In this document: positions 41,734 through 50,238 of the stretch, in pieces
How positions within the stretch are numbered: position 1 is the first letter of the stretch
How the letters are laid out: each line of letters begins with the position of its first letter
Assembly: GCA_965248835.1 (NCBI GenBank)
Contig: CBDFLJ010000001.1
Span: 896,001-960,000, forward strand
From: Alphaproteobacteria bacterium
GTDB taxonomy: Bacteria > Pseudomonadota > Alphaproteobacteria > MPNO01
Direction of reading: 5' to 3'
DNA: 64,000 bases
Program-made: the position numbers and the translations under genes
Notes under the pieces: model-generated
Seen by the model: only the letters and a program-made list of their open reading frames with translations
Told to the model about the DNA's origin: nothing
The model's database searches: none

Positions 41734-42501
41734 GTGAGCCAGGACCATCCGAGTGATGAGATCGCAACGCAGCCGGATGCCGCCCGCAAGGGTGGTTCCG
41801 GCATCTATCGGCTCCTGCCGATCGTCGTGCTGGCCGCCGGGCTGATCGCCTTCTTCGCCTTCGATCTCGACCGGTTCGTCACGCTGGATGCGCTCAAGAT
41901 CCACCGCTCGTTTCTGCAAGGCTGGGTCGCCTCGCAAGGCGCGATGGCCTGGCTGATCTTCGGGCTGATCTATTTCGGCGCGGTGGCGCTGTCGATCCCT
42001 GGAGGCGTCATCCTGACCATAGCCGGCGGGTTCCTGTTCGGTCCCTATGTCGCGACCGGCGTCGTCGTCATCGGGGCGACCTGCGGGGCGACCGTCCTGT
42101 TCCTCGCCGCCCGTTACGCCTTCGCCGATATCCTGCGCCGCAAGGCGGGCACGGCGATGAGGCGCATGGAAGACGGGTTCCGGACCAACGCGCTGAGCTA
42201 CATGCTGGTGCTCCGCCTGGTGCCGCTGTTCCCGTTCTGGCTGGTCAACCTGGTGCCGGCTTTCCTGGGCGTTAGCATCAAGACCTACGTCATCGGCACG
42301 CTGGTCGGCATCATCCCGGGCACGTTCGTCTACGCGCTGGTCGGCGATGGGGCCGGCGCGGTGCTCGATGCCGGCGAGGACCTCAATCTCGGGATCATAT
42401 TCGAGCCCCGCTTCCTGGCGCCGATCATCGGGCTTGCGGCGCTCGCCTGCATCCCGATTCTCTACAAACGGATCACCGCGCGCGGCGGCAAGCCAGGCTG
42501 A
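41734..42501 (+). CDS. TVP38/TMEM64 (DedA/VTT-domain) membrane protein
   Basis: SIPGG..LT..GGFLFG, GAT.GA...F..AR, LRLVPLFPFWLVN, T..GIIPG. Confidence 0.9.
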   Translation: MSQDHPSDEIATQPDAARKGGSGIYRLLPIVVLAAGLIAFFAFDLDRFVTLDALKIHRSFLQGWVASQGAMAWLIFGLIYFGAVALSIPGGVILTIAGGFLFGPYVATGVVVIGATCGATVLFLAARYAFADILRRKAGTAMRRMEDGFRTNALSYMLVLRLVPLFPFWLVNLVPAFLGVSIKTYVIGTLVGIIPGTFVYALVGDGAGAVLDAGEDLNLGIIFEPRFLAPIIGLAALACIPILYKRITARGGKPG

Positions 42502-42524
42502 TCGACGGCCGAGCGAGACCCGGA

Positions 42525-43958
42525 ATGCAACAAATGCCCGAGCGGCATCGCGTGGATATCTGCGTCATCGGCGCGGGCTCCGGCGGCCTGTCGGTGGCCG
42601 CGGCCGCCTCGCAGATGGGCGCATCGACCGTCCTGATCGAGCGCGACAGGATGGGCGGGGACTGCCTGAATGTCGGCTGCGTGCCCTCCAAGGCGATGAT
42701 CGCGGCCGCGCACGCCGCCCATGCGGCGCGCACCGCTGCCCCGTTCGGCATCCGCCTGGCGGAGCCGGAGATCGATTTCGCCGCCGTCCACGATCACGTC
42801 CACGGGGTGATCGCCTCCATCGCACCGCACGATTCGGTCGCGCGGTTCGAGGCGTTGGGGGTCACGGTGATCGCCGCCTCGGCCCGGTTTACCGGGCCGC
42901 GCACGGTGGTTGCCGGCGATCGCGAGATCACCGCGCGGCGGTTCGTTATCGCGACCGGCTCCAGGCCCGTGGTCCCGCCGATCCCCGGCCTGGAGGAGGT
43001 ACCCTACCTGACCAACGAGACGGTGTTCGAGCGCACCAGCGCACCGGGGCACCTGGTCGTGATCGGCGGCGGGCCGATCGGTATCGAGCTCGCCCAGGCC
43101 CATCGCCGCCTGGGCGCGGCAGTGACGGTGCTGGAGATGTTCACCGTGCTGGGCAAGGACGACCCCGAGCTCGCCGAGGTGGTCAAGGTCCGGCTCGCCA
43201 AGGAAGGCCTCACGCTGCTTGAGAGCATCAACATTCTCAAGGTCGCCAGGAACGGCCGCGGCGCGGCGATCGAGATCGAGCAGGACGGCGAAGCGCAGAC
43301 GATCGAGGCCTCGGACATCCTCGTCGCCGCCGGGCGGCGGCCCAATATCGAAGGGCTCGGCCTCGATGAGGCGGGGATCGCCCACACGCCGCGCGGGATC
43401 ACTATCGATCGGCGCCTGCTGACCACAAACCGGCGGGTGTTTGCGATCGGCGACGTCGCGGGGCCCTACCAGTTCACCCACATGGCCGGCTATCACGCCG
43501 GCATCGTCATCCGCAACGCGCTGTTCCGGCTGCCTGCCAAGGTGGACCACCGCGCCGTTCCCTGGGTGACCTACACCGATCCCGAACTCGCGCATGTCGG
43601 CATGACCGAGGCCGACGCCAAACAGCGCGTCGGCGCCATCCGCGTGTTGCGCTTTCCCTACGCCGAGAACGACCGGGCCAGCGCCGAACGGCAGACCGAC
43701 GGCTTCGTCAAGGTGATCACCTCGGCCAGGGGCAAGGTCCTGGGCGCCGGCATCGTGGGCGCCCATGCGGGTGAGCTGATTCAGACCTGGATCCTGCCGG
43801 TCGCGCGCGGTCTTCACATCAAGCATGTCGCCGGGCTGATCATGCCTTACCCGACGCTGGGCGAGATCAACAAGCGGGCGGCCGGCAGCTATTTCACGCC
43901 GACCCTGTTCGGCGATCGGACCAGACGCGTCGTTCGGCTGCTTGCCCGGCTGGGCTGA
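42525..43958 (+). CDS. Flavoprotein disulfide reductase (dihydrolipoamide dehydrogenase/mercuric reductase-like)
   Basis: VIGAGSGG, redox-active GGDCLNVGCVPSK, IATGS, GGGPIG.E, GD, YPT. No C-terminal Cys-Cys pair. Confidence 0.9.
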   Translation: MQQMPERHRVDICVIGAGSGGLSVAAAASQMGASTVLIERDRMGGDCLNVGCVPSKAMIAAAHAAHAARTAAPFGIRLAEPEIDFAAVHDHVHGVIASIAPHDSVARFEALGVTVIAASARFTGPRTVVAGDREITARRFVIATGSRPVVPPIPGLEEVPYLTNETVFERTSAPGHLVVIGGGPIGIELAQAHRRLGAAVTVLEMFTVLGKDDPELAEVVKVRLAKEGLTLLESINILKVARNGRGAAIEIEQDGEAQTIEASDILVAAGRRPNIEGLGLDEAGIAHTPRGITIDRRLLTTNRRVFAIGDVAGPYQFTHMAGYHAGIVIRNALFRLPAKVDHRAVPWVTYTDPELAHVGMTEADAKQRVGAIRVLRFPYAENDRASAERQTDGFVKVITSARGKVLGAGIVGAHAGELIQTWILPVARGLHIKHVAGLIMPYPTLGEINKRAAGSYFTPTLFGDRTRRVVRLLARLG

Positions 43959-44119
43959 TCGCGATCACGATCTGTTGAGGACGGGTGAGGGGTATTGATT
44001 TGGCGGCGCGCCGCTGTCGGTATCTAATCGGTTCCGCCAACATGGGTCCGGTTCGCCTGGGACGCCATAACCGCCGGGGTTGCGAGCCGACCCGGCAGTA
44101 CACGGGACGGGAGGTTTTC

Positions 44120-44398
44120 ATGATCCGTAAGACAGTCACGACGCTCAGCATTCTCGCCATGGCCAGCGCGACCGCCGCACTGCCGGCAGCCGCGGCCGGC
44201 GACACCGGCATGGCCAACACCCAGGTCGCAGCCTGCAACCCGTGCGCGGCCAAGAAGTGCAACCCGTGCGCCGCCAAGGCCTGCAACCCCTGCGCCGCCA
44301 AGGCCTGCAACCCGTGCGCCGCCAAAGCCTGCAACCCGTGCGCGGCGAAAAACCCGTGCGCCGCCAAGGCCTGCAACCCCTGCGCCGCCAAGAAATAG
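44120..44398 (+). CDS. Small exported Cys-rich repeat protein (92 aa; 7 x NPCAAK, six CxxC)
   Basis: GGGAGG SD then ATG 44120. Signal-peptide-like N terminus MIRKTVTTLSILAMASATAALPAAAA. Repeat units vary mainly at synonymous third positions in this frame. Followed by a hairpin. Confidence 0.85.
   Translation: MIRKTVTTLSILAMASATAALPAAAAGDTGMANTQVAACNPCAAKKCNPCAAKACNPCAAKACNPCAAKACNPCAAKNPCAAKACNPCAAKK
44234..44395 (+). repeat. Coding tandem repeat, about 24-nt unit TGCAACCC(G/C)TGCGC(C/G)GC(C/G)AA(G/A)(GCC), 7 copies
   Basis: Read directly from the sequence. Two units are shortened by one codon each. Confidence 0.95.
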
Positions 44399-44421
44399 AA
44401 CAGACCGCCAAAGGTCCCGAG

Positions 44422-44452
44422 GGCGCCGCCAAAGAGGCTGTTTGGCGGCGCC
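44422..44452 (+). terminator. Stem-loop (putative terminator) after the Cys-rich gene
   Basis: Perfect 12-bp inverted repeat GGCGCCGCCAAA-N7-TTTGGCGGCGCC. No strong U-tract follows. Confidence 0.55.
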
Positions 44453-44517
44453 ATCCGTTCCCTGCCCCGGGCTGAACGGTTCGATTCGCCGCCGATCCGC
44501 TCTACTATGCGCCGGCC

Positions 44518-45984
44518 ATGGTCGCGCACAACGCCGGATTTAAGCGCTTGGCGAGCGGACGCCGCTTCTGGACCGGGCTTTCCGCCCGCCTGCTCGTGCT
44601 GACGATCTTTTTCGTGATGCTGAGCGAGGTGTTCATCTACGCACCCTCGATCGGCCGTTACCGCCTGGTCTACCTGCAGGAGCGGATCGCCGCCGCCCAC
44701 CTCGCCTCGCTGGCCGTCCAGGGGCCGCCCGAAGGGACCATCACCAAGCCGCGGTTGCGCGAGCTGCTCGATCACGCGCGCTCACACGGTGTGGTGCTGC
44801 GGCGCCAAGCCTCCAAAGCGCTGATGCTGAGCGGCGATATGCCGCCGCGAGTCGACGACACCTACGACCTGCGCCGGACCGAGTTCTTCTCTCTGATCTG
44901 GGAAGCGCTGATGGTGTTGGCGGGCGAGAACAACCGGGTGATTCGGGTGATCGCACCCTCGCCCAAGTCGCCCGGCGTCCTGGTCGAGACCATCATCGAC
45001 GAGGCCCCGATGCGGATGGAGATGTTCGATTACTCCAAACGCATCCTGCTGCTGTCGATCGTCATCTCGCTGATCACCGCCTCGCTGGTCTATCTCAGCC
45101 TGCAGCTTCTTTTCGTCCGGCCGATGCTCGGCATCACCCAGTCGATGACCGCCTTCCGCGCCGACCCCGACGATGCCAGGGGAATGATCAAGCCGTCGCG
45201 GCGGTCCGATGAGATCGGACGCGCCCAGCGCGAGCTGGCGAACATGCAGGACGGGCTGCGCACCGCGCTTCAGCAGCGCTCGCGCCTGGCTGCGCTCGGC
45301 ACCGCGGTGGCCAAGATCAACCACGACCTTCGCAATATCCTGGCCAGCGCTCAGCTCGTCTCGGACCATATCGAGCGCAGCGCCGACCCCAAGGTGCGCA
45401 AGATCGCCCCCACCCTGCTGGGCGCGCTGGACCGGGCCATCAAGCTGTGCAGCCAGACGCTCGCCTATGCCCATGACGGCACGCCGCCGCCGGTCCACGC
45501 CGCCTTCGACCTCCGCGCGCTGGCCGAGGAGGCGGGCGGCGACATCCTGGAATCCCGGTTCCCCGATGCCGTCTTCGAATGCATCCTGCCGCCGGGCTTC
45601 GAAATCGTGGCCGACCGCGACCAGCTCTACCGGGTGCTCAGCAACATCGCGCTCAACGCCTATCAGGCCGGGGCCGGCCGGGTCGCGGTCTCGGCGCGCC
45701 GCACCGACACCGCCGCCCTGATCGAGATCGCCGACGACGGGCCGGGCCTGTCGGCCAGGGTGCGCGAGAAGCTGTTCCAGCCGTTTTCCGGCTCCGGGCG
45801 GGCCGGCGGCACCGGGCTCGGGCTGTCGATCGCACGCGATCTGATGCGCGGCCACGGCGGCGATGTCCGGCTGGTTCAAACCGGCGAGAGCGGCACCGTC
45901 TTCGAGCTCGAACTGCCGTCGGAGGCCCGCGCGGGCGCGCGCCGGCCGGTCAGGTCCGGGTCCCGGCCGCACCAGGATGCGTGA
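44518..45984 (+). CDS. HAMP-domain sensor histidine kinase (no response regulator in the window)
   Basis: Two TMs, HAMP (R.DEIG), H-box AKINHDLRNIL, N-box N...NA, DDGPG, F.PF, GTGLGL. Confidence 0.92.
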   Translation: MVAHNAGFKRLASGRRFWTGLSARLLVLTIFFVMLSEVFIYAPSIGRYRLVYLQERIAAAHLASLAVQGPPEGTITKPRLRELLDHARSHGVVLRRQASKALMLSGDMPPRVDDTYDLRRTEFFSLIWEALMVLAGENNRVIRVIAPSPKSPGVLVETIIDEAPMRMEMFDYSKRILLLSIVISLITASLVYLSLQLLFVRPMLGITQSMTAFRADPDDARGMIKPSRRSDEIGRAQRELANMQDGLRTALQQRSRLAALGTAVAKINHDLRNILASAQLVSDHIERSADPKVRKIAPTLLGALDRAIKLCSQTLAYAHDGTPPPVHAAFDLRALAEEAGGDILESRFPDAVFECILPPGFEIVADRDQLYRVLSNIALNAYQAGAGRVAVSARRTDTAALIEIADDGPGLSARVREKLFQPFSGSGRAGGTGLGLSIARDLMRGHGGDVRLVQTGESGTVFELELPSEARAGARRPVRSGSRPHQDA

Positions 45985-46012
45985 GCCGCCCGCCGCGGAT
46001 CGGTCGCCGGGC

Positions 46013-46627
46013 TCAACCTTTCCGGCGCGCCGTGATATGGAAGATATGCCAGTGCTTGGGCTGGCCGCGCGGGGTGACGCTGTCGTCCTCCTCCTCACGG
46101 AAGAACTCGATCGCGAAGCCGGCGAACAACGCTTCGGCCTCGCCGCGGGTGTGGAAGGTGATCGACGGATCGCCGAACCATTCGTCGCGCTCGCCATAGA
46201 GCTGGCCCGCGAACCGCCCGCCGGGCGCCAGCGCGCCGACGATCCTTGCCCACAGCCCGGGGAAGGAGGCGGGACGGCAAAGCGGCAGCGCGAAGCTCGA
46301 ATTGATCAGGTCCGCGCTCGGGATTTCGGCATCCTCGAAACCGCGGACAGCCGCTTCCAGCCGGCCGGTCGCCGGCAGGTCTTCGCGGGCCCGCAGCGCC
46401 TCGACCGCGGCGGCCTGGGCATCCAGCGCCAGCACGTGCCAGCCGCGGCGCAGCAGCTCGACGACGTCGCGCCCGCCGCCGCAGCCGAGGTCGACGGCGA
46501 ACCCCGGCCCGGCTTGCGCATCAAACGCATCCAGAGCACGGATCAGCGTCTCGCGCGGCGGCCGGGCACCGGTCTTGGCGTAATAGCCGCGCCAGTCCTC
46601 GGCTGCGGTGATCCGCCCGCCGCTCAC
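46013..46627 (-). CDS. Class I SAM-dependent methyltransferase (TehB-like)
   Basis: AVDLGCGGGRD...LL.RGW.V.A.D, L.PGG.F.GQ. Confidence 0.85.
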   Translation of the reverse strand: MSGGRITAAEDWRGYYAKTGARPPRETLIRALDAFDAQAGPGFAVDLGCGGGRDVVELLRRGWHVLALDAQAAAVEALRAREDLPATGRLEAAVRGFEDAEIPSADLINSSFALPLCRPASFPGLWARIVGALAPGGRFAGQLYGERDEWFGDPSITFHTRGEAEALFAGFAIEFFREEEDDSVTPRGQPKHWHIFHITARRKG

Positions 46628-47538
46628 GCGCGCAGTTCTGTCGGCGGGAAATTGCCGGCCCGACCCAGCATCGCCGGGACCTGGCGGCCGAGCTGTTGCT
46701 CGATCCAGTGGGCGGTGTCGATCAGCGCCTCGATATCGGCGCCGGTCTCGATGCCCGAGCGTTCAAGCAGGTAGACCAGGTCCTCGGTCGGGATGTTGCC
46801 GGTCGCGGCCGGAGCGAAGGGGCAGCCGCCGATCCCGCCGATGCTGGCATCGAGCGCATGGGCGCCGGCCTCGACCGCGGCGAAGGCATTGGCCAGCCCG
46901 GTGTTGCGAGTGTTGTGGAAATGCCCGCGTAGCCGCACGCCGGGCGCGATGCCGGCGACCTCGGTGAACATCTCTCTCACCTGGGTCGGGACCGCCACCC
47001 CAATGGTGTCGGCAATGCCGATCTCGAAGGCGCCTGTGCCGGCACAATGCCGGACCAGCTCATGGACCCGCTCGGGCCGCACCTCGCCCTGGAACGGACA
47101 GCCGAAGGCCGCGCTGAGCGTCAGGCTGAACCGGATGCCGGCTTGCTTGGCGGCACCGGCGATGTCCTCGAAGACCACGATGCCCTGTTCGATGGACGTG
47201 CCCTGGTTGCGCTGAGAGAAGACATCCGAAGCGACCAGCGCGTAGTTCACCTCGCGGCAGCCCGCCGCGGCAGCCCGCTCGAAGCCCCGCAGGTTGAGCA
47301 CCAGGCCGATATAGGTGACGTCCTCGCGGGCGGGCAGAGCGGCCATGACCGCCTCGGCATCGGCCATCTGGGGGACCCGCTTGGGGTTGACGAAGCTTGC
47401 CGCTTCCAGCCGGCGTATCCCGGCGGCGACCGCCCGGCCGATCAACGCGACCTTGACCTCGGTGGACAGGATCTCCGGCTCGTTTTGCAGCCCGTCGCGG
47501 GCCGAGACCTCGATCAGCTCGATTCGACGCGGCGGCAT
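46624..47538 (-). CDS. Hydroxymethylglutaryl-CoA lyase family protein
   Basis: EV..RDGLQNE, SFV.PK.VPQMAD, ADTIG.A.P, HFHNTR..G.AN, GG.GGCPFAP.ATGN..TED. Confidence 0.92.
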   Translation of the reverse strand: MPPRRIELIEVSARDGLQNEPEILSTEVKVALIGRAVAAGIRRLEAASFVNPKRVPQMADAEAVMAALPAREDVTYIGLVLNLRGFERAAAAGCREVNYALVASDVFSQRNQGTSIEQGIVVFEDIAGAAKQAGIRFSLTLSAAFGCPFQGEVRPERVHELVRHCAGTGAFEIGIADTIGVAVPTQVREMFTEVAGIAPGVRLRGHFHNTRNTGLANAFAAVEAGAHALDASIGGIGGCPFAPAATGNIPTEDLVYLLERSGIETGADIEALIDTAHWIEQQLGRQVPAMLGRAGNFPPTELRA

Positions 47539-47678
47539 GGGCCTCTCCTGGATCTCGGCACCTGGGAATAATCCGACAAGCTTGGTCAGTTCTCAATCGA
47601 TTTCGACGCTTCGCCCGGCGCGACGTTGACACCTGCCGACGGCGACCGCAATGATCCCGCGCACCCGGGGATAGGCGA

Positions 47679-48893
47679 ATGACCAGCCAGACCGAAGACC
47701 GCAAAGGGCCGCTGAACGACCTTCGGGTGATCGAGATGGGCCAGCTCATCGCCGGGCCGTTCTGCGGCCAGCTCCTGGCCGATTTCGGCGCCGAGGTGAT
47801 CAAGCTCGAACAACCCGGTTCCGGCGATCCGATGCGCGAATGGGGCTCGGAGAAGCCGCACGGCAAGGCGCTGTGGTTTCCGGTGCTCGCCCGCAACAAG
47901 AAATCGGTCACGTTGAACGCGCGCGAGGAAGAGGGCCAGGCGATCATCCGTTCGCTGGTCGAGAAGTCCGACATCGTGCTGGAGAACTTCCGGCCCGGGA
48001 CCATGGAGCGCTGGAACCTCGGCTACGACGACATGGCCAGGATCAACCCCGGGATCATCATGGTCCGGGTCAGCGGTTACGGCCAGACCGGACCCTATTC
48101 CCAGCGCGCCGGCTATGGCGCGATCGGCGAGGCGATGGGCGGGCTGCGCTACGTCGTCGGCGATCCGGCGACCCCGCCGAGCCGGATGGGCATCTCCATC
48201 GGCGACACGCTGGCCGCGACGTTTGCCGCGCTGGGCGCGATGATGGCGGTCCACAACCGCGCGCGCACCGGGCGCGGCCAGGTGGTCGACAGCGCGATCT
48301 ACGAAGCGGTGCTGGCGGTCATGGAGTGCCTGGTCGCCGAATACGACATCGGCGGATACGTCCGCGAGCGCACCGGATCGATCCTGCCGATGATCGCGCC
48401 GTCGAACGTCTATGAGGCAGCCGACGGCAAGATGGTGCTGATCGCGGCCAACCAGGACACCGTCTTCAAGCGCTTGGCCGCCGCGATGGGCCGCCCGGAG
48501 CTTGCCGAGGACCCGCGCTATGCGACCCACATCGCGCGCGGCACCAACCAGGCCGACCTCGATGCGCTGATCTCGGACTGGGCGGGTACGATGGATGCCC
48601 GCACGCTGACCGGGCGGCTCAACGAGCACGGCGTTCCCAACGGCGACATCTACCGCGCGCCGGAGATGCTGGAGGATGCCCATTTCAAGGCGCGCGAGGC
48701 CATCGTCCGGCTGGTCGATCCGATCCTCGGCCCGATGCGCATGCAGAACGTGGCACCCAAGCTGTCCGCCACCCCCGGCGAGATCCGCCGCACCGGCCCG
48801 GCGCTCGGCGAGCACAACGAAGAGATCCTGGGCGGTCTGCTCGGGCTGGATCGGGCCGCGCGCGACCGGCTGGCGGCTTCCGGCATCATCTGA
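47679..48893 (+). CDS. CaiB/BaiF (family III) CoA-transferase
   Basis: GQLIAGPF, DFGAEVIK.E.P..GDPMR, RNKKS, ENFRPG, SGYGQTGPY, P.LGEH. Confidence 0.92.
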   Translation: MTSQTEDRKGPLNDLRVIEMGQLIAGPFCGQLLADFGAEVIKLEQPGSGDPMREWGSEKPHGKALWFPVLARNKKSVTLNAREEEGQAIIRSLVEKSDIVLENFRPGTMERWNLGYDDMARINPGIIMVRVSGYGQTGPYSQRAGYGAIGEAMGGLRYVVGDPATPPSRMGISIGDTLAATFAALGAMMAVHNRARTGRGQVVDSAIYEAVLAVMECLVAEYDIGGYVRERTGSILPMIAPSNVYEAADGKMVLIAANQDTVFKRLAAAMGRPELAEDPRYATHIARGTNQADLDALISDWAGTMDARTLTGRLNEHGVPNGDIYRAPEMLEDAHFKAREAIVRLVDPILGPMRMQNVAPKLSATPGEIRRTGPALGEHNEEILGGLLGLDRAARDRLAASGII

Positions 48894-48961
48894 GGCGCGT
48901 TCGGTTCCACCGGACCGGACCGTTCCTGCGGCGCCGATCGAGACCGGGCGAAGGCGCGCGA

Positions 48962-49585
48962 TCACACCAGCGGTTTCATGATGTGTTCGCGGTATCCCGG
49001 CCGTTCGGTGAGGCGGTCGTACCAGCGGGCGAGGTTGGCGTAGTCCTCGCGCTCGATGTCGAGGTGATACCAGCGGTAGGCGGCGATCCCGACGGGAATA
49101 TCGCCGATGGTAAAGGTCTCCCCGGTGATGAAGGACCGGTCGGCCAGGGCCGCGTCCAGCATGCCGAACAGGGCCGCAAGCCGGTCGCGGGCCGCCGCGA
49201 TCGCGGCCGGGTCGCGCTGCTCCGGCGGGGTGCGCACCAGCCCGCGGAAGACCACGACCATCGACGGGCTGAGCGTGGAGATCTGCCAGTCCATCCAGCG
49301 CTCCGCATCGGCCCTGACGCGCACATTGCCGGGCCACAGCCCGCCCGCGCCGTGGACCGCGGCGAGATAGCGCAGGCAGGCGTTGGATTCCCACAGCACG
49401 AACCCGTCATCGATGATCGTCGGCACCAGCCCGTTGGGGTTGAGCGCCAGGTAGTCGGCCCGGTCGTTGCCGCCGAACGGCCCGCCGATATCGCTGCGCT
49501 CGAACGCAAGCCCGAGCTCGGCCGCCCCCCACAGCACCTTCTGGACGTTGGACGAGGTCGCGCGGCCCAGGATCTTGAGCATCAT
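48962..49585 (-). CDS. Glutathione S-transferase (GstB/YliJ-like), copy 2
   Basis: MMLKILGRATSSNVQKV.W, LNPNGLVP, LWESNA..RYL, WMDW, F..GD. ATGA overlap with the copy 1 stop. Confidence 0.9.
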   Translation of the reverse strand: MMLKILGRATSSNVQKVLWGAAELGLAFERSDIGGPFGGNDRADYLALNPNGLVPTIIDDGFVLWESNACLRYLAAVHGAGGLWPGNVRVRADAERWMDWQISTLSPSMVVVFRGLVRTPPEQRDPAAIAAARDRLAALFGMLDAALADRSFITGETFTIGDIPVGIAAYRWYHLDIEREDYANLARWYDRLTERPGYREHIMKPLV

Positions 49586-50205
49586 GCGAGCCCGATATCG
49601 ACCACGTGCTTGATGAAGGCGGGCCTTGCCGAGACCAGGTCGTACCAGCGCCGCAAATGGGGATAGTCCTCGCGCTCGATGTCGAGGTTGAACCAGCGGA
49701 AGCTCAGGATCGCGGGCGGCATGTCGCCCATGGTGATCGCATCGCCGGCGATATAGCGGTTCTCGGCGAGATGGGCATCGAGCATCGCCATCTTGGCACC
49801 CCAGTTGACGCGGGCGTTCTTGATCCGCTCGGCGTCGCGCTGTTCCGGCGGGGTGCGGATGAGCCCCTGGAAGACCGGGACATGGGCCGACGCGAGTGTG
49901 CCCAACGACCAGTCCATCCACTGGTTCGCCCGCGCGCGCGCCTTCAGGTCGGTCGGGTACCAGGTGCCCGCGGCGTGGTTGGAGGCGAGATAGCGCAAAC
50001 AGCTATTGGATTCCCAGATCACGAACCCGTCGTCGATCAGCGTCGGCACCAGGCCGTTCGGGTTGAGCGCCAGATATTCCGCCTGGTCATTGCCGCCGTA
50101 AGGGCCGCCGATGTCGGTGCGCTCGACCGGCAGGCCGATCTCCTCGCACAGCCATACCACCTTCTGGACGTTCGAGGACGTGGCCCGGCCCAGGATTTTC
50201 AGCAT
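49582..50205 (-). CDS. Glutathione S-transferase (GstB/YliJ-like), copy 1
   Basis: MLKILGRATSSNVQKV.W, LNPNGLVP, IWESNS..RYL, WMDW. GGAGGG SD. Confidence 0.92.
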   Translation of the reverse strand: MLKILGRATSSNVQKVVWLCEEIGLPVERTDIGGPYGGNDQAEYLALNPNGLVPTLIDDGFVIWESNSCLRYLASNHAAGTWYPTDLKARARANQWMDWSLGTLASAHVPVFQGLIRTPPEQRDAERIKNARVNWGAKMAMLDAHLAENRYIAGDAITMGDMPPAILSFRWFNLDIEREDYPHLRRWYDLVSARPAFIKHVVDIGLA

Positions 50206-50238
50206 TGTTGCATCCCTCCAATGAGTTTGATGGACTAA

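Noticed and set aside
42525-43958. Calling the reductase merA or lpdA
   Set aside because: It lacks the MerA C-terminal Cys-Cys and mer operon context, and lacks the LpdA HPT..E motif and dehydrogenase-complex neighbours.
44234-44395. Tandem repeat considered as a CRISPR array or non-coding VNTR
   Set aside because: There are no unique spacers or cas genes, unit lengths are multiples of 3, and variation is mostly synonymous, so it is a coding repeat.
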